Positions 9,401 through 19,200 of a stretch of 64,000 nucleotides of DNA are shown in pieces. The stretch comes from Candidatus Tectimicrobiota bacterium (GTDB taxonomy: Bacteria > JACPUC01). The position numbers were made by a program, and so were the translations under genes. Each line of letters starts with the position of its first letter. The first letter of the stretch is position 1. The stretch covers positions 1-64,000 of the forward strand of contig JACPUC010000008.1 in NCBI GenBank assembly GCA_016192455.1, given 5' to 3'. Below the pieces are notes generated by a model that saw nothing but the letters and a program-made list of their open reading frames with translations, was not told the origin of the DNA and did no database searches.

Positions 9401-11054
9401 TGTCCTTGCCGTCCAGGACGTCGATCAGGGTCGCGGTCTTGGAATCGGTGCTCGCCACCAGGACCGCAACGGTGACCAGGGCCGTGAACTCATTCGTGTT
9501 GATGCCGGTCTCGCGCAGCGTCGGGATCAACGTGTCGTTCACGTTATCCGCCGTCCGCAGCGTCACCGCCGTGGTCGTATCGGTGACCGAGCCGCTGAGG
9601 TTGAGGTCCTTATCCACCACGGTGATGGTGAGGACGCTGCCGTTGCGCACGGCGCTCGGCGTCACGGTGAGCGTGCCGGACTCGGTGAGGAACGTCGCGG
9701 TGGCCGTCCGCGTCGCGGCCGTCGTGCTCCCTGACTGCGCATCCCGGTACTGCGCGGTGTAGGTGAAGTTCAGGCCGGCGTCCACCGTGCTGTTGTCCGT
9801 CGTCCCTTCGTCGAAATCGAAGCCGACGCGCAGGGTGAAGACGTTGGTGGCAAGGCCGGTCTCGGTCAAGGTGACGTTCTCGAGCGAGTCGGAGGCGCCG
9901 CTGCCGGCGGTGATGATGCGCACCGAGCCATCCGTCGGCGTGCCGCTCGAACTGATATCGGTGGAGGTGTTGGTCACCGTCGTATCGATGGCGCTGGGGG
10001 TGCCGACATCGGTATCGGTCACGGTGACGAGCATGGTGTCGCCGTTCGAGTACTCCGACTTGTCGAGCGCGATCGTCCCCGCGCTTCCCAGGGTGAACGT
10101 CGCCGTCGTCGAGGTGGTGGCCGTAGTGCCGGCGTCAACGCGGTCACTGGCGCGGCTGATCGTGATCGTGTCGCCGCTGCTGCTCGCCTTCAACGCAAAG
10201 GTCGTCGGAGTACTGAGGCTCGTGTCCCCGCTGCGCTCGGTGCCGCTACCGCTGGTCACGAAGCCTTTGCCGGTGAAGACGCCGGTGTTGCTGGCCGTTT
10301 CATTGAGCACCTGGCTGACGCCGGAGCCGCCGAGAATCTGCGACTTGACCGTCACGGTGACCGTCTGCTGCGAGGTGCTGCTGGTGTTATCGTCCGGATC
10401 GTTGTAGACGATCGTCATGTTCGGCGTATCCGCCGACGAAGAGACGATCGCAGTGCTCGTCGCCGCGATCGTGCTCGTCGAGCCGGTAAAGGTGCCGGTG
10501 CTGGTTTTGACGTTGCGGGTGATCGAGGCGGTGTTGCCGCTCGGGTTCGTGTAGCTGATGGTGACGACTTCGGTTCCCGCCGTCACCTGCAGGGTAGTGG
10601 AAACCGTCAGGGCGCCGCTGCCGCCGCCGCAGCCGAGGCCGGCGCAGAACAATACGCCCCTGGCGGCCCGAAGGCCGGACGGGTCGTCGGTCAAATTCGT
10701 CAAGCTCCCGAACCGTGTGCCGTTCGTGTCGCAGTCAGTCGCTGCCGACGTGGAGTTACAGTTCGAGAGGACCTTCGTTACCGAAGCGGCAGTGCCGCTG
10801 GCGGTCACCGTGACTGTCAACGTCGCGCCGGTGGTCGTCGGTCCGGACCCCCGGGCGTCGCCATCGACGACCGAGATGTACATCGTGTCCGTGGTGACGT
10901 GCGGCGGCAGGTACTGCGACCGGTCCGTACTGATGACCGGCACGGTAGCCGCCAGCGCCGCGTCGCGCGGCACCACGGGCCCCGCCAGCAGCACGGCCAG
11001 CACCGTAAGCGCCGCCACCGCCAGCAACTGCGTTTTGTGTCGTACACTAGTCAT
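6474..11054 (-). CDS. Large secreted Ser/Thr-rich S-layer-like protein: repeated Ig-like ETGxxTGxFTG modules, Big_2-like, dockerin-like, cohesin-like and two C-terminal beta domains
   Basis: Start ATG 11054 with AAGGAGAG RBS and signal peptide (ALA-A); six ET(G/A)xxT(G/N)xFT repeats; DLDGDGSVGSDD...DLDGNGRAGAIDA twin EF-hand; LTYDANVL...GTVRFA...ILTITFTV...GDSALDL cohesin pattern. Confidence 0.85.
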   Translation of the reverse strand: MTSVRHKTQLLAVAALTVLAVLLAGPVVPRDAALAATVPVISTDRSQYLPPHVTTDTMYISVVDGDARGSGPTTTGATLTVTVTASGTAASVTKVLSNCNSTSAATDCDTNGTRFGSLTNLTDDPSGLRAARGVLFCAGLGCGGGSGALTVSTTLQVTAGTEVVTISYTNPSGNTASITRNVKTSTGTFTGSTSTIAATSTAIVSSSADTPNMTIVYNDPDDNTSSTSQQTVTVTVKSQILGGSGVSQVLNETASNTGVFTGKGFVTSGSGTERSGDTSLSTPTTFALKASSSGDTITISRASDRVDAGTTATTSTTATFTLGSAGTIALDKSEYSNGDTMLVTVTDTDVGTPSAIDTTVTNTSTDISSSGTPTDGSVRIITAGSGASDSLENVTLTETGLATNVFTLRVGFDFDEGTTDNSTVDAGLNFTYTAQYRDAQSGSTTAATRTATATFLTESGTLTVTPSAVRNGSVLTITVVDKDLNLSGSVTDTTTAVTLRTADNVNDTLIPTLRETGINTNEFTALVTVAVLVASTDSKTATLIDVLDGKDITVEFGDVCATTSCNLTSSTTTASALAVATRTRTVSAASNQGVVSLNNTQYTVTSTAEVTLVDLDLDTTTSANSFLTNGLYAFSTSDVENTTQSGSTITDAGTDCTTTPAGCDPNIRVVETGGTTGIFTGALRFRTGSTIVSTDGTSAASAILHVSPGDTITVKYRDLSPSAAVASTASATIPTNTGTISIDQTIIPGVSGTEGDDSVLVTVTDADLNVTTGSDTVNVGVKSTTDNATGITVNLTETGGTTGIFTGIFKTIVNTDGSTTVVGTTSDDTNDRLIVQNGDGVTATYSDTKNASGTLATASANATARFTDATIALSVLGGSTTTAASAGAKKQATTTSFSIGDTVVITVTDLDENTKSDVAQSRTVSVRTTTDVVGTTATVRETGLSTGIFTGPMALSSTTTIANTSIKAGVGDTLTVSYTDRTPFSDTTFPYTALRVEGTASVAAVGQVVVSPTTVSVQVGATQTITVVRGGPAIFTSANAATASVTSAGVITGVAVGTTTVTARNTTTNQSTAIPVTVIAAVVTGAARSGDLDGDGSVGSDDALDVLRAIARGETLTAEQIAAIDLDGNGRAGAIDAACMLRLNAGLALPSFCSTGATTTAASEATKDQAAAPTIVAGNGQGTAGATGVAVAITSASALEQLLAIDGSLTYDANVLNATSVTVATGLQGTPELSAGTVRFALSSAEGINVASGGTILTITFTVAAAASTGDSALDLAIGDFATFSGVATPTVTDGTFTVIPPPTTVVVANYQTTSNWVAFALIDSAVGDATQTLTMTAYPDGASAVTCSTASLAGGETVASLVSDLCEGTAGSDGWVKIVSSPSSGGVAATIASFPPDARVLISSGAAATGNRLTLPYVVGLNDRYIIVNPNDAAEEVTPSLWITSPGTGGGAASVRRVTGTAISIPANSRISRSFAALFPAENISGAALVSNVSVSSTNPIAGANCIGSADFGFSDCAAAQARTQ

Positions 11055-11407
11055 GCCTGATCTCTCCTTTTTCACCGAGGTCGAACGTCCTCGCCATGAA
11101 CTCCTGCTTGAAGAGGTTAGGAAGAGTCCCTCCTGATGCGATCCGTTCACCTCCTTGTGTGCGGGTTTCATGCCGTGCGCTTTCCAACTTTTCCCCAATT
11201 CTTCTCGTAGGCTCTTTAGACCTGACGATTGCTGCGTCTCGATGAGAACTCTTCCGCGCGGTTCCGTTGGCCTCCCCCCTTGTTGGACCACTCACCCCAA
11301 CGCGCCGGCTCTCGCATCTTCCAGCGCGGCTCACCGCCTTCCGCCGCCCTCCTCACGACCCCGCCTCGCTCGGCGCGGGAGCTTCCTGCGCGCCACACGG
11401 TCCGGCC

Positions 11408-11511
11408 CTTGGTATGGAGGGCGTCATAGGGGGCGGCAACACCTCAATGTTCCACGTGGAACATCGCCACCGACTTGGTATGGAGGGCGTCATAGGGGGC
11501 GGCAACACCTC
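11408..11511. repeat. Two identical 38-bp direct repeats (11408-11445, 11474-11511) with a 28-bp spacer
   Basis: CTTGGTATGGAGGGCGTCATAGGGGGCGGCAACACCTC occurs twice, exactly. Confidence 0.95.
11448..11463. promoter_or_regulatory. parS: parS-type centromere site
   Basis: Perfect palindrome TGTTCCACGTGGAACA (extends to 18 bp) matching the chromosomal parS consensus TGTTNCACGTGNAACA. Confidence 0.85.
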
Positions 11512-11693
11512 CCTCGCCGCGCCGGCCCTTCCTCGCTCCCGGCGCGCATCCGCGGCCCGCGGGAATCGCGCCCCAACTCCCCAGCGCGAGGTCACGCCAG
11601 CCCCCCAGTCCGCCGTTGCTGCCCTAAACGTCGCGTGCTGGCCGGTGTCCAGACTCACGGCACACCTCTCACCCACTTCGGGTAGTGAAACGG

Positions 11694-11722
11694 ATTCTAC
11701 CGCCAGTCCAGAGGACTGTCAA
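11694..11722 (-). promoter_or_regulatory. Strong sigma70 promoter for the S-layer-like gene
   Basis: TTGACA-N17-TAGAAT preceded by A-tracts (UP-element-like) in otherwise GC-rich DNA. Confidence 0.85.
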
Positions 11723-11881
11723 GCAATTTTTTGTATCTTTTTTTGCCAAGAATTTCAAGCCTTTTCCTTCCGAGATCGACCACTTGCCTGCGTTCTTCAA
11801 GAATTCACCTGAGTTCCCGTCTCATTTTTCTCGCCCCGTCCGCGAGGCCGGCCCGCGAGGCGTTCCCTGGCTCCCCGCGCC

Positions 11882-13765
11882 TCAGTCCGCGGGCGCTGCC
11901 GCCGGCAGAGCCACGGGGACATTCAGCGCCGGCCAGGTGGCCGTGGCGCCCTCTGCGTCGCGGGCGACGAAGACGATGCCGCCGAACTCACCCGCCGGCA
12001 GGGTGCGCGGCGGCAGGTCGCTGATGATGAGTTCGTAGGTCTGTTCATCGCGGGGGGAGAACCTGCCCAGGGGGACCTCGCCCGTGGGGTCGGTGATGTC
12101 GGACGGACGATACACCGCTTCGATCTCAATTCCACCCCCACCACCCCCCACCTCCGCGCGCATGGTCACCTCGCCGCCCTCCTCGGCGGAAAAGCTGGTC
12201 GGGCTGTCGGCGAATCCTGCCGAGAGGATGCGCAGGGGGCCGGAAATTTCCGGCGCCAGCTCCACGCTCAGCTCGCGGACCTCGCCGCGACTCGTCGTCA
12301 CCTCCTGCTCGACGGTGCGAAATCCCGTCGCGGAGATTTCCAGGCGCAGGGTCCCGACGGCTAGGTCGCTGAGCTGGAAGGCGCCGAGTTCATCGGTACG
12401 GACCTCGATCGCTCCGTCTGCGCTGCGCACCAATGCCCCGGCAAGAGCTTCGCCGCTGCGCGCCTGCACCACCGTTCCCCGCAAGGTGGCCGGCAGGGGC
12501 TCCAGGGTGGCATCGGCGGTGACCGTGGCATCGGCCCGGATCTCCACCCCCCGCACCGTCGCCTCGCGGTACCCTGGCGCGTTCACCGTCAATTCCACCG
12601 TGCCTGGGGAGAGGCCGGCGATGCTGTAGGCTCCCGCGCTGTCGCTGGCGGCCGAGAAGGAGGCGCCGGGGATGCGCACGCTCGCCCCCGCGACCGCCGC
12701 CCCGTCTCTGGCGCGCACCGTGCCGGAGATGCCGCCGCTGCGCCGCAGCTCGGTGAGCTGGAGATTCCGCGTGGTGGTGGCGTCGGCGCTGATGGTGAGG
12801 CCGCTCGCCTGCCCCACCTCGAAACCGCTCGCCGCCACACTCAGGCTGACGGTCCCGGGTGACAGGTCACTGAAGCGGAAGCTGCCGGCGGCATCCGTGC
12901 GCGTCGCCACGCCCGCCTCCGGCAGAGTCACCACGGCCCCTTGCACCGGCGCATTCGTGGCGCCAGCGGTGATCGTGCCGGCCAGGGCGCCCGTGGGGGC
13001 GGGCGGCGGCGTCTCGCCAGCCGCGCCGGAACCGGCGGCCGTCAGGCCAAAGACGCTCAGCCTGTTCCCCGACAGGACATAGGCGCGCCCGCTGCCCACC
13101 TCGAGGCCGCCGATGGTGGAGGGGTGCGAGACTTCCCGCACTTTCGTCAGGCTTGTGCGGTTCGTGGCATCGTAGAAGGTTGCCACCTGCCCGATCCCGG
13201 CCACGAGGAAGTCATCGACGAACTTCAGGTGCTGGACATTCGCGGACAAGTTCTGCACCACTGTGGTGGTCGTCGGCGCCGCGGGATTGCCGATGCCCAC
13301 GGCCGTGAGCGCCGTGCCGCTGGAGAGGTAGAAGACGCTCCCCGCCGCAACCACCGCGCGGACCTCCGCCGCAAGCTGAATGGTGGCGCTGGGCTGGGTG
13401 ACCCCGGCGGGCGATGCCATGTCGAAGAGGTCCAGGTTATTGCCGCGCGCCGCCGCGAGGACGGCGCCGCTGACCGCCAAGAGAGTGGGGATGCCGGCGA
13501 GGTTCACCCCCTCCAGGAGGGTCTCCACGGTCGGCGCCGCGCCTTGCGCCCGCGCAGGTCCCGCCATCCACCCCAGGACAAGGAGAATCACCAGCAGGGC
13601 GCGCGCGGCGGCTCTGGCTGCCGGATTGCAAGGAATCCTCCCCAGCCTGAGCTTGCAGCCGCGCCCGGGAGCCTGCGCCGCGCGGATTTGCGTCCCCCTC
13701 CGGCCGCCAAGCCACCATCCTCTACTGTGCGGGGGGGGAGTTGGCATCATGCGCTCGCTCAACAT
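11882..13765 (-). CDS. Secreted protein: LVIVD-like repeat region, three carboxypeptidase-regulatory-like domains and a C-terminal beta domain
   Basis: Signal peptide ending ARA-Q; three G.V.....GA.V.....TD..G.F....L.PG repeats. Start uncertain but must lie downstream of the sigma54 promoter. Confidence 0.75.
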   Translation of the reverse strand: MLSERMMPTPPPHSRGWWLGGRRGTQIRAAQAPGRGCKLRLGRIPCNPAARAAARALLVILLVLGWMAGPARAQGAAPTVETLLEGVNLAGIPTLLAVSGAVLAAARGNNLDLFDMASPAGVTQPSATIQLAAEVRAVVAAGSVFYLSSGTALTAVGIGNPAAPTTTTVVQNLSANVQHLKFVDDFLVAGIGQVATFYDATNRTSLTKVREVSHPSTIGGLEVGSGRAYVLSGNRLSVFGLTAAGSGAAGETPPPAPTGALAGTITAGATNAPVQGAVVTLPEAGVATRTDAAGSFRFSDLSPGTVSLSVAASGFEVGQASGLTISADATTTRNLQLTELRRSGGISGTVRARDGAAVAGASVRIPGASFSAASDSAGAYSIAGLSPGTVELTVNAPGYREATVRGVEIRADATVTADATLEPLPATLRGTVVQARSGEALAGALVRSADGAIEVRTDELGAFQLSDLAVGTLRLEISATGFRTVEQEVTTSRGEVRELSVELAPEISGPLRILSAGFADSPTSFSAEEGGEVTMRAEVGGGGGGIEIEAVYRPSDITDPTGEVPLGRFSPRDEQTYELIISDLPPRTLPAGEFGGIVFVARDAEGATATWPALNVPVALPAAAPAD

Positions 13766-13864
13766 CCTCTGCAGGTGCGGCCGCCGCCTCGCGCCAGACC
13801 GAAAAGAGCAGACACAGCCGCTCCGCGCCGCGCCGCGCCATCCGCGGACGCGCTGTAAATTGGA

Positions 13865-13880
13865 AGCAAGGTCAATGCCA
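13865..13880 (-). promoter_or_regulatory. sigma54 (-24/-12) promoter
   Basis: TGGCATTGACCTTGCT fits TGGCA-N6-TTGCW with exact spacing. Confidence 0.75.
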
Positions 13881-14050
13881 AAACGATTGACATTGCTCCC
13901 CTTTTCTTGCTCCGCTCTGGAGCCACCCAAAATCGCGCAAATGCCCATGCCGCTTCGCCTCCCGCATGTGCGCCCGCGCTCGTCCCAGCACCCTGCGTGC
14001 TGGCGATGCCAAGCGCGGGGCATCAACTGTGTCGTATGGACAGCATGCGC

Positions 14051-14067
14051 TATGTAAAACTTACATA
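14051..14067. promoter_or_regulatory. AT-rich palindrome, candidate enhancer-binding-protein site
   Basis: TATGTAA-AAC-TTACATA, ~170 bp upstream of the sigma54 promoter. Confidence 0.55.
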
Positions 14068-14190
14068 CCATTCAGGCTGGGCATGCGCCAGCCGCTTGCA
14101 CCGTCACACCTCCGGCCGCCGCCGCTGGCGCTTCGCGCCAACGCCAGGACGGCCCCTTGCCCAGCAAGGCGCCGCAGACCGCGCCCTTCT

Positions 14191-16032
14191 CTACGGCGCC
14201 AGACGCTCGACGACGCGGCGCAATTCCTCCTGCTCCGCGATGCCGGGGTTGAGGGTGAGGCTGCGCACGAACAGTTGCCGGGCGCGTCTGCGCCCCCCCG
14301 CCTCGAGGAGCGCGATGCCAAGGTTCTTGTAGGCCGCCGCCGTGGCCGCGGCCTCGGGCCGCAGGGCGATGCTGCGCAGGTAGGAAACGATGGCGCGGTC
14401 GCGCCGCCACAAACGCTTGTACGTGATGCCGAGATTATTCCAGGCATCGGCATAGCCGGGATTGACCCGCAGCGCCTGGGCGTAGGCGAGGAGCGCCCTG
14501 GCGTAGGCCCGCTCATCGCGGTAGAGGTTCCCAAGGTTGTTGAACGATTCGTACCCCGCGGGGTTGCGCCGGAGCGCTTCCCCATAGAGCAGCGCGGCGC
14601 GGCGGCGAGCCTCCCGCGCCTCGGCGCGGCTGCGGCGCACCTTGTCTTCGGGGCCGGGCGTGGCCGCGCCAAGCTGCTCGGCCTTCGCCGCAAGGCTCTC
14701 GGCACGGCTCAGCCAGGCATCCGCGAGGTTATGGTAGGGCCGGCTGCGGCTGGAGGGCCAGGCGAGCGTCGCCTGCCAGAGGCTGAGGTTATCGTGCCAG
14801 ACCGCGCCGCGCTGCCGGGTCAGCAGGAGGAAACTCGCCAGGATGAGGCACGCCGGCACCACGAGGGTGCAAGAGAACTTCCTCCCGACGGCGCCCCGCT
14901 TCGCGGCCCCAACGTCGGTGGGGCGCTTGGCGCTCAGGGCGCGCTCCAACCCGCCCCCCACGGCCAGGCCGAGGCCGAGGAACGGAAAGTAGAGGTAGCG
15001 CTCCGCACTTGGATTGGCGATCGGCACGAGGTTGAGCACCGGCAGGAGGGCCAGTCCGCACCAGAGGAGCCCCGCCGTCACTGGCGGCTGCCGGCGCCGA
15101 CTGCGCCAGCCCAGCCAGGCCAGTACGACCAGGATAAGGAGGCTGACGAGAAGGCGGGCGCTGTATGGCGCCGCCACGACGTTGAGGTCGTGCTCGGCTC
15201 GCAGCGTCACCGGCAGCAGGAAGAGGCGCACGTCGTGCGCCGCCACGGTGAGCATGGTCAGGGGTCCGCGCCACCAGCCGGGGTCCAGCGGCGGGAGGCG
15301 CGCCTCGGATGGCTCCCGCAGCACCAGGAAACGCAGCACGAGGTAGGCCGCGGAGCAGAGGAGGAGCCCCGCCAGCAGAAGGCCGTGCCGCCGCAGGCGC
15401 TCCACCGCGATGCGCGCCACCCCTGCGGGGCGCCAGCACATGAGGAGCAGGACGATGAGGGGCAGGCTCAGCGCCATCTCCTTGCTGAGGAGCGCCAGGG
15501 CGAAGCAGACCCAAACGCCGACGCAGGCGCCGGACGACAGCGCCCGCCCCTGGCGCAGCCGTGTTGCCAGAAGCAACAGCATTGCCAGACCAAACAGCGT
15601 GAAGAGGAGCTCTTCCCGATAGGCGATGGCGAGCACGGCCTCGCTGGGGGCGGGGTGGACGGCGGCAAGCAGCGCGACCCCGAAGGCTGGGACCGGCGAC
15701 AGCCAGGTGCGCACCAGCAGCCACCAGAGCGTGACGTTCAGCGCGTGCAGGAGGAGGTTCGTGAGGTGGAAGCCGAACGGGCGCACCCCCCAGATCGCCG
15801 CATCCACCATGTAGCTCAGGGTCACGATCGGGCGGTAGCTGAGCTCGCCGCTGCGCGCCAGGTAGCGCGCGCTGAGGAAATCGGAGAGATTCGCCCAGGA
15901 GAGGATGAAAGGGTTCCCGGCGATCACCAAGCCATCGTCGTAGGTGAAGTCGTTTGCCAGGCTGCCCGCGTAGGCAAGGGCTAAGAGCAGCAGCGCTGGC
16001 AGTGCGGAACGTCTGGCGACGCGGCTCACCAT
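14191..16032 (-). CDS. TMTC-like GT-C membrane glycosyltransferase with C-terminal TPRs (paralog 1)
   Basis: FTYDD...GNP, YRPIVTLSY, FHLTNLLLH, VHP..EAV, LLSKE and ERYLYFP motifs, then NNLG TPRs. Confidence 0.85.
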   Translation of the reverse strand: MVSRVARRSALPALLLLALAYAGSLANDFTYDDGLVIAGNPFILSWANLSDFLSARYLARSGELSYRPIVTLSYMVDAAIWGVRPFGFHLTNLLLHALNVTLWWLLVRTWLSPVPAFGVALLAAVHPAPSEAVLAIAYREELLFTLFGLAMLLLLATRLRQGRALSSGACVGVWVCFALALLSKEMALSLPLIVLLLMCWRPAGVARIAVERLRRHGLLLAGLLLCSAAYLVLRFLVLREPSEARLPPLDPGWWRGPLTMLTVAAHDVRLFLLPVTLRAEHDLNVVAAPYSARLLVSLLILVVLAWLGWRSRRRQPPVTAGLLWCGLALLPVLNLVPIANPSAERYLYFPFLGLGLAVGGGLERALSAKRPTDVGAAKRGAVGRKFSCTLVVPACLILASFLLLTRQRGAVWHDNLSLWQATLAWPSSRSRPYHNLADAWLSRAESLAAKAEQLGAATPGPEDKVRRSRAEAREARRRAALLYGEALRRNPAGYESFNNLGNLYRDERAYARALLAYAQALRVNPGYADAWNNLGITYKRLWRRDRAIVSYLRSIALRPEAAATAAAYKNLGIALLEAGGRRRARQLFVRSLTLNPGIAEQEELRRVVERLAP

Positions 16033-16231
16033 GGGGGGTCAACGAAGCTCTCACAGTCGGCGAGCGCCGCACGAGCCGGCACCCGCGCGGCGCCTGCCCC
16101 CTGCCGGTTTGCGGAGGTTTCTCGGGGGCGCCCTGCGGTTGCCCGTGCCGCACCTTTCCAGGTCGGCTGGGTACGCCTCCGCCCCAGGAGCTGCCTGCTG
16201 TCCGGCACGGAGCGCGCGCGGCTTTCCCGCG

Positions 16232-19200
16232 CTACGAGCCCCCCCGGCCCGCTCGCTCGAGCTGTTCCTTGAGGCGGAGTACGCGGTTTTGGAACTCGGT
16301 CGTCAGCGAGGCGGCTTCCTCGCTGCTTTTCACCACCCGCGGGGTGATGGCCACCAAGAGCTCCGTGCGCTGCGACTGCTTCGTCACGCGCGAGAAGAGC
16401 CTGCCCAGCACCGGGATGCTCCCCAGCAGGGGCACCTTCGAGTCGGTGGAGGTCTCGTTCTCGGAGATCAGGCCCGCCAGGAGCACTGTGTTCCCATCCT
16501 GCACCACGATCGTCGACTTCGATTTGCGGGTCTGAATGGTCGGCGCGTCGATCCCCGAGGTCACCGTGCGCCTGGCGTTGCTGAACTCCTGGTCGAGGTC
16601 CAGGGTGACGAGGTTGTTGGTGTTGATCGAGGGGGTGAAGGTGAGGGTCACGCCGGTGGGGCGGAACTGCACGTTGCGATCGACGACGGGTTGCGGCTGG
16701 CCCGCCTGGGCGCCCGCCTGGGCGAGCACGCCGGCCACACCGGTCGTCGTCTCGCCGGTGACGATGGGCACCTCATCGCCGACGTTGATCGAGGCCTGCT
16801 TATTGTTCGTCGCCAGCAGGTGGGGATTGGAGAGGACCTTCACCCGCGACTCGCTGGCCAGGGCATTGAACAGGAGGTTGAGCCGCGGCGCATCCACGAA
16901 GTTGAAGGCCAGACCGCCCGAGGGCGGCAGCGCAATTCCCGGAAACGCCGTCTGTACCTCGCCGCGGAAGTCGACGAACTTCTCCTCCCCCTGGCGGAAT
17001 ATGCCACCCGCAAACCCTTGCAAAGCTTGCACGCCATACTCGAGGTCATCCCCAAGGGTGACCTCCAGGAAGAGCATCTCCAAAAGCACCTGCTTGGGGC
17101 GCAGGTCGAGCTTCTTGATCGTCGCCTCGATGAGCTGGTAGTCGCCCGGGGTCGACTGCACGATGAGGGAGTTCGTCACCTCGTCGGCGATGATGCGGAC
17201 CGGGCCTTCGGTGGCCGAGCGCAGGCCCTCCTGGAGTCCTGGCGCTGCGGCGGGGGTCGGCGGCGGTGGGGCCGCCGGAGGCTGCGCCGGCCGCTGCTCC
17301 TGCCCGCGCCGCGCCGCCCGCTCCAGGGGGGTGGTGGGCCGCGGCGGCTGGGCCGCTGCTTGCCCCTCCGTCGGCGGCGCCCCGGGGCGCTTCGCATCCG
17401 CGCCATACAGGCCGGTGAGCAGCGACGCCAGCTCCGTGGCCTTGCGATGCTCGACGAAGTAGACGAACGTCTGCAGGCCCTTGGCCTCCGCCTCGATGTC
17501 GAGCTTTTCGATGAGGCTCTCCACCGAGTCCATCAGCGCCGGCGTCGAGGCGAGGATCAGGACTGACTTGACGCGGTCGATGGGAAGGAACTCGACTCCG
17601 CCCCCTTTCGAAATCTTGTCGATCCCCAGCATGGTGTAGATCTTGTCGAGATCCTTCACCAGGTCGGTGCCGGTCAGATGCTTGACGGGCAGCAGCTTCA
17701 AACTGATGTTCTCGAAGGTGTCGACATCGAACATCTCGATGAGGTCGAGCAGGCTCTGGATGTTGGAGGCCAGGTCCACCAGGACGAGCAGGTTGCGCGG
17801 CGCGAAGGCCCGCGCCTCGCCGTTCTTTGACACGAACGGCTTCAGCAGCTCGGCCATCTTGCTGGCCGAGATGAAGTACAGCGGCAGCACCCGCGTCACC
17901 ACCTTATCAATCGGACGGAGACGCCCCGGTTCACGCCCGAACTCGGTTTCAACCTGCGTCTGCCGCGACTGGGTGATGGGCAGGATCTTCCAGACGTTCC
18001 CGGAGCGAACCGCAGTCAGGTTGTTGGTCTCCAGGATGGTGTGGAAGAGATCAAAGACCTCGTCGACGGAAATGCGCCCCGCGGTCTCTATCGTCACCTT
18101 GCCGCTGACACCCGGAGCAACGACGTAGTTCAGGCCGGTAATCTCGCTGATGACCTGGATGACCTCGTAGATGTCAGCATTGTCGAAGTTGAACGATACG
18201 AAGCGGGTGGCGGCGTCAATGCGCGGCACACTGCGCCCCGGCAGCCGCAGGCCCTCCCCCCGCCGTGGCGCGGGGCGGCGTGCCTCCGGCGGCGCGGCGG
18301 GCCGGGCCGGCGCCGGCTCCTTCGCCGCCTCGGCCGGGGCTTGCGCCGCCGGGGGCTCCGCAGGGGCCGGCGCGGCGCTGGGCGGCTGCGCCTCAGGCGC
18401 AGGGAGCGGCACCTCGGGCTGCCTCGCCGCCTCCCCTTCCGGCGCTCCCTCCGGCGCTGCGGGCGGCGCTGTTTCCGCAGCAGGCAGCTCCGGGAGGGGC
18501 GGGGCTTCCGGGGCGGGCGGCGCTTCCACCGCGGGGGGCGCCTCGACAACAGGCGGCTGCTCGGCGGCGGGAGCCACAGGGGCGGGCTGCGGCTGCGCCG
18601 CCTCCTCACTAGCTGCCGGGGCTCCCTCTTCTTGGCGCAGTTGCGCAAGGTGGAGGGATCCAACGGCCACCTCGCCCGCCAGACCGACACGCTGCAGGGC
18701 AGGGTCCGCCTCGAAGACGGGGTGCGCAACCGCAACTTCGCGCCCCGGCCTCCCCCTCCCTGTCTGCCGGGTCAGAGCTGCCGCGGCTTGCTCCCGGCGC
18801 CGCAACGCAGGCGACCCCCCCTGCTGAAAGGGACTTACGCCGGGGGATGAGGCTCCGCCTGCGTCTCCAGCCGTCTCACGCCCTGCACCCCCTGTCGGAT
18901 CGTCGCTCCCGGCGACAGCGGCCGCGCGCCCGCGCCCAGCCTCCGCTGCAGGCCGACGCTTGGCCGCCATGGCGGCGCGCTTCTCACCCGGCTGCGCCGC
19001 TTGCTGCCGGGCGACGCTCCCCGCCACCCGCCCACGCTCGGGAGGACTTCCCGGCGAAGCAGCAGATGGTGGCTCGGCAGGGGTTTCCAGCGGCGCTGGC
19101 GGGGTATCGGACTGCGCAACCGCCGGCAATGATCGGCTCTGGGCCACTGGTTTCGCCGAGCGCCAGGGGAGGACCCGGGCCGCTCGGTCCACGACGCAGC

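Noticed and set aside
11200-11260. c-di-GMP-I riboswitch (GACGCA...GGTCTAA on the minus strand)
   Set aside because: The upstream GGCAAA element and closing stem are not evident; only a partial resemblance.
11055-11291. N-terminal extension of the S-layer ORF (and of several other track ORFs)
   Set aside because: RBS and signal peptide support the downstream ATG.
11408-11511. CRISPR array
   Set aside because: Only two repeats, no cas genes in the window, no typical repeat end, and the spacer is a parS palindrome.
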